64,000 nucleotides of DNA from positions 24,583 to 88,582 of the forward strand of contig JBDRIO010000006.1 in NCBI GenBank assembly GCA_043815815.1, in the 5' to 3' direction. Numbering within the stretch: the stretch's first letter is position 1; every line of letters starts with the position of its first letter. Origin of the DNA: Candidatus Eiseniibacteriota bacterium. GTDB taxonomy: Bacteria > Joyebacterota > Joyebacteria > Joyebacterales > Joyebacteraceae. The notes beneath the pieces were generated by a model. The model ran no database searches, was not told the DNA's origin, and saw nothing but the letters and a program-made list of their open reading frames with translations. Shown here one piece after another: positions 20,873-29,274 of the stretch. Made by a program: the position numbers and the translations under genes.

Positions 20873-22765
20873 ATGCCACAGTTGCTCGTACCGATCGTCG
20901 TACCGGCCATCGCAGGCGGCCTCTGCCTTCTCGTCCCGAGAAGGGTGAAGTTCCTGAGAGAGGCCCTGAGTTTGTTCGCGCTTACGTGGACGCTCGTGGC
21001 AACGCTCAGGCTCTTCGGGCAGTGGCCGATGTCATATGTGAAGGACTGGGTGTCGTTGGGTGGGCTGACAGTGCCGTTCGACCTCATGCTCAATCACTTC
21101 AGCGCGTTCATCATCGTGTTCGTGGCGCTGTTCGGATTGGGGATCGGTCTCTACTCGGTCTCGTGGCTCACGCGCGAGTACGACGGTCGCCGATACTACG
21201 CGTTCCTTCTCTGGACGGTCGCGGCGAGCTGCGGCGCGGTCCTCGCGAACAACCTCCTGGTGCTTCTGGTCTTCTGGGAGGCGCTGACTGCGATCCTCTT
21301 CGTCTACGTGAACACGGGGCTCAAGAAGATGGACGCCTCGGAGGGCGCATCGAAGAGCTTCATCCTGCTCGGCCTCTCGGACGCCGCGCTCTTCATCGCA
21401 GTCGCCATGATCTGGGCCAGGTTCGGCACGCTCAACATGGGCGAGCTCTCGATCTTCGTGGGCGACGGCATGACGACGACCATCTACGTCCTCATGATGA
21501 TCGGCGCCATCACGAAGGCCGGCGCGATGCCGTTCCACACGTGGATCCCAGCGGCGGCCAAGGGCGCGCCGACCCCCGTCATGGCGCTCCTGCCGGCGTC
21601 GATCGACAAGCTCCTGGGCATCTATCTCCTGGCTAGGATCAGCCTCGACATCTTCAGCGTCGGGCACGGAATGATGCTGCTGCTCATGATCATCGGCGCC
21701 GTCACGATCATCGGCGCCGTCTTGATGGCGCTCATCCAGCACGACCTGAAGGTGCTCCTCTCGTACCACGCCATCAGCCAGGTCGGGTACATGGTGCTGG
21801 GGATAGGGACCGGAGTCCCGATCGGCATCGCCGGCGGCATCTTCCACATGCTCAACCACGCGATCTACAAGGCTTGCCTCTTCCTCTGCGCGGGCTCCGT
21901 CGAGAAGCAGGCGGGAACGACGGAGATCGACAAGCTCGGCGGTCTGGCCAAGGTCATGCCGGTCACGTTCGTGACCTGCGCCATCGCGGCGTTCGCCATT
22001 TCAGGCGTTCCGCCGTTCAACGGCTTCGTCTCCAAGTGGATGGTCTACTCCGGGCTCGTCGAGCTGGGCGCCCGGGGGATGAACTACTACTGGATATTCC
22101 TGGTCGCCGCCCTCTTCGGGAGCGCCCTGACCCTCGCGTCGTTCGTCAAGGTGCTCTACTCTGCCTTCCTGGGACAGAAGCCGAGCAGGCTCGCTCAGGT
22201 CAAGGAGGCGCCCTGGGCCATGCAGGTCCCGATGATCGTCCTCGCGATCCTCTGTGTCGCCTTCGGCGTGTGGGCGAAGTTCCCGATCGAGCGGTTCATC
22301 AACCCCGTGGTGCACGGTGCTGTGACGACCGGCGCCCGCGGAGGGCTCGATCTCGGGCTGGCGGTCTGGAGCCCCGGCGCCGCCACGACGCTCATGGTGC
22401 TCGGGATCGTGTTCGGGTTCCTCGTCTTCCTGGCGAGCAGGATGTCGAAGATGCGGACCGGGCACATCTTCATCGGCGGAACGACGCCGCCTTCGAACCT
22501 CGACGCGATGCACGTGTCGGGCACGGGTTTTTACAACACGATCCGCGAGACGAAGGGCCTCTCGGGCATCTTCGCCAACGCGGAACAGCGGGTGTTCGAC
22601 GTCTACGAGCTGGGAGGACGGCTCGGGGGGGGCGTTGTCAACGGTCTCAAGATGCTGCACAACGGAGTGCTCTCGACCTATCTGGCCTGGGCGGTCATCG
22701 GACTGGGCGCCGTCGTCTTCGCGCTCCTGAGCACGCTCCTGAAGCAGCTGGTGCGGATGCAGTAG
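20873..22765 (+). CDS. Proton/sodium-translocating antiporter-like subunit, NuoL/MrpA/MbhH-family
   Basis: About 630 aa polytopic protein with the family pattern WEALTAILFVYV, PFHTWIPAAAKGAPTPVMALL, ISQVGYMVLGIG. GTG 20864 is an alternative start. Confidence 0.85.
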   Translation: MPQLLVPIVVPAIAGGLCLLVPRRVKFLREALSLFALTWTLVATLRLFGQWPMSYVKDWVSLGGLTVPFDLMLNHFSAFIIVFVALFGLGIGLYSVSWLTREYDGRRYYAFLLWTVAASCGAVLANNLLVLLVFWEALTAILFVYVNTGLKKMDASEGASKSFILLGLSDAALFIAVAMIWARFGTLNMGELSIFVGDGMTTTIYVLMMIGAITKAGAMPFHTWIPAAAKGAPTPVMALLPASIDKLLGIYLLARISLDIFSVGHGMMLLLMIIGAVTIIGAVLMALIQHDLKVLLSYHAISQVGYMVLGIGTGVPIGIAGGIFHMLNHAIYKACLFLCAGSVEKQAGTTEIDKLGGLAKVMPVTFVTCAIAAFAISGVPPFNGFVSKWMVYSGLVELGARGMNYYWIFLVAALFGSALTLASFVKVLYSAFLGQKPSRLAQVKEAPWAMQVPMIVLAILCVAFGVWAKFPIERFINPVVHGAVTTGARGGLDLGLAVWSPGAATTLMVLGIVFGFLVFLASRMSKMRTGHIFIGGTTPPSNLDAMHVSGTGFYNTIRETKGLSGIFANAEQRVFDVYELGGRLGGGVVNGLKMLHNGVLSTYLAWAVIGLGAVVFALLSTLLKQLVRMQ

Positions 22766-22889
22766 GAAGCGTTCGGGCGGGCCGCCCTGGGGCGGCCGGT
22801 CGGCGGAGCGTCGCCGGCGTTCGAACGACACGACCGACCGAAGGGTTATGCGGATTCCTTAAAGACCGGCTAGAGGCGGGAGACGCTAG

Positions 22890-23447
22890 ATGGAAAACAT
22901 CACTCCTCAACTGTACACGCTCCTGGTGTTCATGGTGATAGGTTCGATCGTCGCCATCGAGACCAGGAACCTCCTGTCGGCTGTGATCTCGGTGAGCGCC
23001 GTCGGGTTCGCGCTGTCGGTGGCCTTCCTGTTCCTGGGGGCTCCGGACATCGCGATCACGCAGCTCGTCGTGGAGATCCTGGTTCTCGTCATCCTCATCC
23101 GCGGGACGATCCTCCTCGACAACACCGCGGTCGAACTCCACCGGGACACGCTGGCGGTGATCGTCTCTCTGATCTTCTTCGGGCTGATCCTCGGGTTCGG
23201 CGCGATGATCTTCGGAAGCAAGGGCTTCCCGGAGTTCGGCGAGCCGCTCATGAGGGTGTCGAGGGTGTATGTGATGAGGGGACTCCCGGAGACTCACGCC
23301 GCGAACATCGTCACGGCGGTGATCCTCGACTTCAGGGCCTACGACACGCTGGGAGAGGCGACGGTTCTCTTCGGCTCCATCCTTGGGGCGCTTGCCATCC
23401 TCCGCAAGGACGGCAAGACGGCGAAGGGGGAGGTGGTGCCGGCATGA
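22890..23447 (+). CDS. Mrp/Mnh antiporter subunit, MrpA C-terminal / MnhB-related (DUF4040-like)
   Basis: 185 aa membrane protein with IAITQLVVEILVLVILI and NIVTAVILDFRAYDTLGEATVLF. Confidence 0.75.
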   Translation: MENITPQLYTLLVFMVIGSIVAIETRNLLSAVISVSAVGFALSVAFLFLGAPDIAITQLVVEILVLVILIRGTILLDNTAVELHRDTLAVIVSLIFFGLILGFGAMIFGSKGFPEFGEPLMRVSRVYVMRGLPETHAANIVTAVILDFRAYDTLGEATVLFGSILGALAILRKDGKTAKGEVVPA

Positions 23448-23899
23448 AGGGTCTGACTCTTATCGTAAAGACCATCACCGACTTCGTCGTCGCGTTCATC
23501 GTCATCTTCGGCGCGTACATCGTTCTCTACGGTCACCTGACGCCCGGTGGCGGGTTCGCGGGCGGCGTCATCGTCGCCTGCGCGTTCATCCTGCTCATGC
23601 TGGCCCAGGGTAAGGAGGTCGCGTTCTCGCGGCTGGGCGAGAGGACCGCACACGTGCTCGACTCGGCGGGTGCGCTCGCCTTCCTGGTGATCGGTTGGGT
23701 GGGGCTCACAGGCGGGTTCTTCTTCATGAACGTGTTCGGCAGGGGGGATCAGTTCAGACTCCTGAGTTCGGGGATGATCCTCCCCGCGAACATCGCGATA
23801 GCGTTCAAGGTGGGAACGTCGCTGTTCCTGGTGTTCTCGGCGCTCGCCGTATTCCGCAGGCGTTCCTTCAGGTCCATGATCGAGGATGAACTATCATGA
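23444..23899 (+). CDS. Mrp/Mnh antiporter subunit B-like
   Basis: ATGA overlap with the upstream gene. GHLTPGGGFAGGVIVACAFIL is typical of MnhB/MbhF. Confidence 0.8.
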   Translation: MKGLTLIVKTITDFVVAFIVIFGAYIVLYGHLTPGGGFAGGVIVACAFILLMLAQGKEVAFSRLGERTAHVLDSAGALAFLVIGWVGLTGGFFFMNVFGRGDQFRLLSSGMILPANIAIAFKVGTSLFLVFSALAVFRRRSFRSMIEDELS

Positions 23900-24243
23900 C
23901 GGTCTACTTTCTCTGCGTGGTTCTGCTCACGATGGGGCTCTACTGCCTCGTGGCGAAGAAGAACATCGTCAAGAAGATCATCGGCATAGTGATCATGGAC
24001 TACGCCGTGAACCTCTACCTCATTATCATCGGTTACAAGAACGGCGGGATCGCGCCGATCGTCGAGCCGGGGATGGGAGAGAGCACGCTGGCGCGGTTCG
24101 TCGACCCACTGCCCCAGGCGCTTGTCCTCACGTCGATCGTCATCGGGCTCGGCGTCCTGGCGCTCATGGTGTCCATGTGCATCCGGCTCTACGAGAAGCA
24201 CGGAACCTTCGACATGTCACAGATCAGCAAGCTGAGGGGATAG
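23896..24243 (+). CDS. Mrp/Mnh antiporter subunit C, NuoK-like
   Basis: 115 aa with three TM segments. ATGA overlap with the upstream gene. ALVLTSIVIGLGVLALMVSM. Confidence 0.8.
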   Translation: MTVYFLCVVLLTMGLYCLVAKKNIVKKIIGIVIMDYAVNLYLIIIGYKNGGIAPIVEPGMGESTLARFVDPLPQALVLTSIVIGLGVLALMVSMCIRLYEKHGTFDMSQISKLRG

Positions 24244-24246
24244 CCG

Positions 24247-25791
24247 ATGAACCTTGTTCCGCTGTTTGTAGCGATCCCGCTCGGTGCCGCGTTCCTCATC
24301 CCGATGCTCGGGATATGGTGGAAGAGGAGCGGCGAGGTCCTCTCGACCCTGAGCACGGCCGCGCTGGCCGTGATGGCCCTGGCGTCGATAGGGGCTCCCG
24401 CGGTCGTGCATCACATGGGCGGATGGACGGCTCCCGTTGGGATCGCGGTCGTGCAGGACGGACTGACCGTGCTCCTTCTGGTGGCCATCAACGTGATCGG
24501 ACTTCTGTGCATCATCTTCTCGCTCAAGTACATGACGGCCTACACGGGCCTCCCGAAGTACTACGGGCTCTTCATGCTCATGGTGGCGGGGATGAACGGT
24601 GTGGTCATCTCGGGAGACCTGTTCAACCTGTTCGTCTTCCTCGAGATCGCCTCGATCGCGTCGTACGCGCTCGTGGCGTTCGGTGTTGAGGCCGACGAGC
24701 TCGAGGCGGGCTTCAAGTACCTGATCCTGGGAAGCGTCGCGTCCGTCATGATCCTTTTCGCGATCGGCACCGTGTACGCGGTGACCGGGTCCCTGAACAT
24801 GGCCGACGTGGCCAGAGAGATCAGCACGAAGTGGTCGGGCGCAGAGATGAACCCGGCCCTGCTCCTCGCGGCCGCGCTCTTCCTGATGGGGTTCGCGTTG
24901 AAGGCCGCGGTCGTGCCGTTCCACGCGTGGCTTCCCGACGCGCATCCGTCGGCGCCGGCTCCCGTCTCCGCGATGCTCTCGGGCGTCGTCATCAAGAGCC
25001 TCGGCGTCTACGCCATGTGCCGCGTGTTCTTCAACGTCTTCGGGTTCTCAACCGCTTCGCCGGAGTCGGTGATCATCGCGAACTCGATGATCGCGTTCTC
25101 GGTCCTCTCGATCGTCCTTGGCGGGTTCCTGGCGATCGGACAGTGGGACTTCAAGCGCCTTCTGGCGTACAGCTCGATCGGTCAGATAGGCTACGTGACT
25201 CTCGGCCTCGGCGTCGGCGCCCGGCTCCTGGCCACCGGAGAGTCGCAGGCCCTGGCGGGTCTGGCCATCCTGGGCGGGCTCTTCCACCTCGTGAACCACG
25301 CTGCGTTCAAGTCTCTCCTCTTCCTGTCGTCGGGCGCGATACAGCACGCGACGGGGACGCGCGACATGAAGCGTCTTGGAGGGTTGAGGGAACGCATGCC
25401 CATCACGGCGGCGACGACCAATCTGGCCGCGCTCTCGATAGCCGGTGTGCCGCCGTTCAGTGGGTTCTGGAGCAAGCTCCTGATCCTCGTGGCCGTCGTC
25501 AAGGCGGGGCTCTTCGCGGTGGCCGGTGTCGCCATCGCGATGGCGTTCGTCACGCTCGTCTACTATGTGAAGGTGCAGCGCGAGATCCTGTTCGGAGAGG
25601 TCGGGAAGAGCGTGGAGCAGGCGCGGGAGGTCCCCGCGGTCATGTACATCCCGCTCATCCTCCTGGCCATTGTCTGCATCGGCTTCGGATTCGTTGCCGT
25701 CACGCAGCCCGCGATCGGTGAGCGGATGCTCGGGCCGGCCAGAGACGCTCTTCTGAACGGCGCGGAGTATGTGAAGCTGGTCCTCGGTTAG
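24247..25791 (+). CDS. Mrp/Mnh antiporter subunit D, NuoM/NuoN-like
   Basis: 514 aa. FLEIASIASYALVAF, PFHAWLPDAHPSAPAPVSAMLSGV, SSIGQIGYVTLGLG. Confidence 0.88.
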   Translation: MNLVPLFVAIPLGAAFLIPMLGIWWKRSGEVLSTLSTAALAVMALASIGAPAVVHHMGGWTAPVGIAVVQDGLTVLLLVAINVIGLLCIIFSLKYMTAYTGLPKYYGLFMLMVAGMNGVVISGDLFNLFVFLEIASIASYALVAFGVEADELEAGFKYLILGSVASVMILFAIGTVYAVTGSLNMADVAREISTKWSGAEMNPALLLAAALFLMGFALKAAVVPFHAWLPDAHPSAPAPVSAMLSGVVIKSLGVYAMCRVFFNVFGFSTASPESVIIANSMIAFSVLSIVLGGFLAIGQWDFKRLLAYSSIGQIGYVTLGLGVGARLLATGESQALAGLAILGGLFHLVNHAAFKSLLFLSSGAIQHATGTRDMKRLGGLRERMPITAATTNLAALSIAGVPPFSGFWSKLLILVAVVKAGLFAVAGVAIAMAFVTLVYYVKVQREILFGEVGKSVEQAREVPAVMYIPLILLAIVCIGFGFVAVTQPAIGERMLGPARDALLNGAEYVKLVLG

Positions 25792-25808
25792 GGAGTGGAG
25801 ACCATAAG

Positions 25809-26312
25809 ATGGAACGATTGAAACGAAGACTCCTGGATCTCGTTATCATCTTCGCCCTGTGGATGCTCCTCACGTGGTCGCTCGACGTGCAGAGCGTCAT
25901 CGCCGGGGCGGTCATCGCGATCCTCTTCGCGTTCCTGCTGTCGGGACTTCTGCCGCAGCGGGTCGAGCGGCTCTTGAGTCCGGTGCGATGGTTCTGGGCG
26001 ATCATGCACCTGATCTCCCTCTCGTTCTGGATCGTCGTGGCGAACTTCGACGTTCTCTACAGGGTGGTTCATCCGAACATGCCCATTCGTCCAGGCATCG
26101 TGAAGATCAAGACGACGCTCAAGAGCGACGAGGGCAAGGCGTTCCTCGCTAACTCGATCACGCTGACCCCGGGAACGCTGACGGTCGACATCATCGACGA
26201 CTGGCTCTACGTGCACTGGATCAACGTTCACGAGAGCCTCGAGGACACCGAGGCAATGACTCGGGATATCGCCGGACGGTTCGAAGTCACCTTGAGGAGG
26301 GTTTTCGACTGA
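25809..26312 (+). CDS. Mrp/Mnh antiporter subunit E
   Basis: 167 aa. ANSITLTPGTLTVDI is the MnhE signature. Confidence 0.8.
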   Translation: MERLKRRLLDLVIIFALWMLLTWSLDVQSVIAGAVIAILFAFLLSGLLPQRVERLLSPVRWFWAIMHLISLSFWIVVANFDVLYRVVHPNMPIRPGIVKIKTTLKSDEGKAFLANSITLTPGTLTVDIIDDWLYVHWINVHESLEDTEAMTRDIAGRFEVTLRRVFD

Positions 26313-26566
26313 TGCAGACGTTCCTGATGCTTCTGATCATAGGGACCTTCATCTGCCTCTACCGGGTGGCGAGGGGGCCGACGGCGCCCGACCGGGCAGT
26401 GGCGATCGACACGATCGGTGTGATGGTGGTGGGTATATGCGGCGTGTTCGGGGTCATCACCGGTAAGGACTACTACCTGAACGTGGCGATCGCGTGGGCG
26501 CTCCTGTCCTTCATTGGTACGCTGGCGCTTGCGAAGTACCTGGAGGGGAGGGGATTCGATGAATAG
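26312..26566 (+). CDS. Mrp/Mnh antiporter subunit F
   Basis: 84 aa. RGPTAPDRAVAIDTIG is the MnhF signature. The start overlaps the mnhE stop by 1 nt. Confidence 0.8.
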   Translation: MQTFLMLLIIGTFICLYRVARGPTAPDRAVAIDTIGVMVVGICGVFGVITGKDYYLNVAIAWALLSFIGTLALAKYLEGRGFDE

Positions 26567-26891
26567 CGGGATCGCACCGTACATCCTGATCTCGATAGGC
26601 GTGGTGTTCGACATCGTCGGCGCCATCGGTCTCATCCGGCTCCCCGACGTCTACAACAGGCTGCAGGCGGCCACCAAGTGCGTCACCCTGGGAACGTGCC
26701 TCATCCTCATCGGCGTTCTCGTTCACAGCGGGTGGAACGCGATGGGCGTCAAGGCGCTCCTGGCCGCGGTCTTCGTTCTCTGGACGTCGCCCACGGGCAG
26801 CCACGCCCTGGCGAGAGGCGCGCACATCTCCGGCGTGCCGCTCTGGCGCGGCAGCGTCGTCGACAGGTACAGGGAAGACACCGGACACTAG
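26559..26891 (+). CDS. Mrp/Mnh antiporter subunit G
   Basis: ATG 26559 lies within track ORF 26514..26891. GAIGLIRLPDVYNRLQAATK is the MnhG signature. 8-nt overlap with mnhF. Confidence 0.8.
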   Translation: MNSGIAPYILISIGVVFDIVGAIGLIRLPDVYNRLQAATKCVTLGTCLILIGVLVHSGWNAMGVKALLAAVFVLWTSPTGSHALARGAHISGVPLWRGSVVDRYREDTGH

Positions 26892-26978
26892 AGACACCGG
26901 ACACCGGATACAACGGACACCGGGTACAACGGACACCGGGTACAACGGACATCGGAGACATCGGCCACCAGAGACGGC
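26883..26978. repeat. About six tandem copies of a 16-bp unit (ggacaccgggtacaac; 8-bp sub-period nACAnCGG), spanning the mnhG stop and the following intergenic space
   Basis: Exact copies at 26915-26930 and 26931-26946, a one-mismatch copy at 26899-26914, and degenerate copies on both sides. An 8-bp-stem hairpin follows at 26972-26990. Confidence 0.85.
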
Positions 26979-27047
26979 GGGACGCCGTCTTCGAGCCCGC
27001 TCTGCAGGCGGGCGCACACGACGCATCCCCGAAGGAGAAGAGTCGCG

Positions 27048-27653
27048 ATGAAGAAACCGAAGCTTCGGGAGCTCAAGGAAGCACTCACGGCGGTCGTGAA
27101 GGGTCCGTACACGAGTACGTTCCCGTTCACCCCGCTCGAGCCAGCCGAGGCCTTCCGCGGGCAGCCCCTCTACAGCGAAGAGGACTGCATCGGCTGCGGC
27201 GCGTGCGCCGAAGTGTGTCCGGCGCGGACGATCGACGTGATAGACGAGGGGAACACCCGGACGCTCATACACCACTTCGACAACTGCATCTACTGCGGGC
27301 AGTGCGAGGCGCTCTGCACGACGAAGAAGGGGATCCAGCTCTCCCACAACTACGCGCTTGCCGTGTTCGACCGCGCGCAGGCCGTCACCACCGTGGAGAA
27401 GGAGCTGGTCCGCTGCGAGCACTGCGGGGACATCATCACGGCTCGCGAGCACCTCGAGTGGATCGCCAGAAAGACAGGCTCGCTCGCAGTCGCTAACCCT
27501 ACGCTCATGGTGACGCTCCACCAGCGGTTCGGGGCGACGCAGGACCCGACGGCGCGTCCCGAGGAGAAACCCATCGGTCGCCACGACTCCTATCTCGTGA
27601 TGTGTCCGGCCTGCAGGCGCGAGGTCTACCTGACGGAGGACTGGCTGGGCTAG
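27048..27653 (+). CDS. 2x[4Fe-4S] ferredoxin subunit of group-4 hydrogenase, NuoI/HycF/MbhN-like
   Basis: CIGCGACAEVCP and CIYCGQCEALC. RBS GAAGGAG. Last gene of the cluster. Confidence 0.85.
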   Translation: MKKPKLRELKEALTAVVKGPYTSTFPFTPLEPAEAFRGQPLYSEEDCIGCGACAEVCPARTIDVIDEGNTRTLIHHFDNCIYCGQCEALCTTKKGIQLSHNYALAVFDRAQAVTTVEKELVRCEHCGDIITAREHLEWIARKTGSLAVANPTLMVTLHQRFGATQDPTARPEEKPIGRHDSYLVMCPACRREVYLTEDWLG

Positions 27654-27724
27654 GCGGGAGCGCCGCGGGCGTGTGGTCGGCCACAAGCCCTCCATTCGCG
27701 GATTCGGCGCCGGCATTCGGACTG

Positions 27725-27757
27725 GAACGGGCCCCCCGAGGGCCCGTTCTCCTTTTG
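27725..27757 (+). terminator. Rho-independent terminator closing the hydrogenase/Mrp cluster
   Basis: 10-bp stem gaacgggccc / gggcccgttc with a 5-nt loop, followed by tccttttg. Confidence 0.75.
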
Positions 27758-28003
27758 AGGGGGCCTCACACAAGCTGTTGCGTTTGGCATACGCGCCGTG
27801 GCACTCTCCGGAGCGTCCGATTCGAGCGGGGCTCGGGCGCTGCGACGAGCCCCTTGTCCGGCCACACGCGACATCGAGACACGAAAGGACGACGGCCCCT
27901 GGGAGGAGGTGACGCTGCAGGGGTTACGCTCGCGTTCCGGCCCGCTGGTCACGGGCCGCCCGCTGCCGACATGGAGGCTGGCTTCTACACAAGGAGCGAA
28001 GTG

Positions 28004-29143
28004 ATGCGCACACTGACTGCTATCGTTCTCATCTTCCTCGTTGCTACCTTCGCGGTCGCCGACGAGAAGGGCAAGTTGGCCGTGGCGCCCGTGCCCGTAT
28101 CGAGGGCGCTCGACTGCACGAACGCAATTCCGATCAACTGCGGTGACGTCGTCACCGGCAACACCTACACGAACCCGAACGTCGTCGAGTACTACTCCTG
28201 CGTAGGATGGCAGGAGACCGGCGGCGAGGTCGTCTACGAACTCACACTCGCCGGCCCGGAGTGCCACACGGTCACGGCAACGATGACCGTTCTGTCCGGC
28301 GACCCCGACGTCTACCTCCTCGGTAGCTGCGACGAGAACGACTGCCTGGCCTACGGCAACACGTTCGCGTCCAGCAGCTGTCTCGAGCCCGGCACCTATT
28401 ACATCGTGGTAGACGCATACTACTCGTCTCCCAACGCCGACTACACGCTCACCGTCGAGTGCGTCGAGTGCGACTGCCCGGTCGAGCCGTGCTGCCCGTC
28501 GGTCTACGTCTGCTACGTCGCCGACTTCAACCTCGACCCCTTCAACTTCTACACAGAGGCTTGCGGCGGCGTCGCCTCGTGCTTCTGGGAGTGGGGACAG
28601 CCGGTGTTCGATCCGGGTTCGTCCTACGGTCCTGTCCCGGACATAGCCTGCGACAACGTCCCGGTCACGCACCTCCTCGCGACCGATCTGGACGCGTTCT
28701 ACGGGAACTGCGGCGAGCGCGCGATCATCGGTCCGTTCGACATCACCGAGTCCTGCTACTGCATGGAGCTCTGCCACTACTACGACACCGAGTTCAGCTA
28801 CGACGGCGGTAACGTCAAGGTGTCGGGTGACGGCGGCGCGACCTGGACGATCGTCCATCCGGCCCGCGGTTACGACGACGAGGCGGCCTACACGGGCACG
28901 CCATGCGTCGCCCTCGAGCCGATCTTCAGCGGCCACGCCCTCGCGACGGCAGGCAACTTCGTGAGGGATTGCTTCGACCTCAGGCAGTACACGGGTCAGA
29001 GCGTCCTCGTCGCCTTCGACTTCGGTGCGGACTCGTCGATCTTCTATCCCGGCTGGTACATCAAGTGGGTCAAGATCGGCAGCGACGAGTACTCGCCGGT
29101 CGAGGACACGAGCTGGGGCAGCATCAAGGGCATGTACCGCTAG
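28004..29143 (+). CDS. Secreted Cys-rich protein: signal peptide, PPC-like (pre-peptidase C-terminal-like) domain, MAM/immune-inhibitor-A-like beta-sandwich
   Basis: ATG 28004 lies within track ORF 27602..29143. Signal MRTLTAIVLIFLVATFAVA. The domain GGNVKVSGDGGATWTIV..GQSVLVAFDFGADSSIFYPGWYIKWVKI resembles the distal domain of the C25 peptidase at 57613. The protein ends in SWGSIKGMYR. Confidence 0.6.
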   Translation: MRTLTAIVLIFLVATFAVADEKGKLAVAPVPVSRALDCTNAIPINCGDVVTGNTYTNPNVVEYYSCVGWQETGGEVVYELTLAGPECHTVTATMTVLSGDPDVYLLGSCDENDCLAYGNTFASSSCLEPGTYYIVVDAYYSSPNADYTLTVECVECDCPVEPCCPSVYVCYVADFNLDPFNFYTEACGGVASCFWEWGQPVFDPGSSYGPVPDIACDNVPVTHLLATDLDAFYGNCGERAIIGPFDITESCYCMELCHYYDTEFSYDGGNVKVSGDGGATWTIVHPARGYDDEAAYTGTPCVALEPIFSGHALATAGNFVRDCFDLRQYTGQSVLVAFDFGADSSIFYPGWYIKWVKIGSDEYSPVEDTSWGSIKGMYR

Positions 29144-29177
29144 TCCTTCCGAGCGCGTACTGGACCCCAGAGTGAGA

Positions 29178-29211
29178 GCCGGGGCGGGAGTCTTCCCGCC
29201 CCGGCTTCTTT
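29178..29211. terminator. Bidirectional hairpin terminator between convergent genes
   Basis: 12-bp stem gccggggcggga / tcccgccccggc with a 4-nt loop, followed by ttctttg. Confidence 0.75.
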
Positions 29212-29274
29212 GCGGAGGTGGTCCGGCGGGACCCCGCCGGACTCGCACGTGTGAAGTGGAGTGAGTGCCGGAGA

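Noticed and set aside
26883-26978. Possible CRISPR array
   Set aside because: The 16-bp units are directly contiguous with no spacers and are far shorter than CRISPR repeats. No cas genes lie nearby. It is treated as a tandem repeat.
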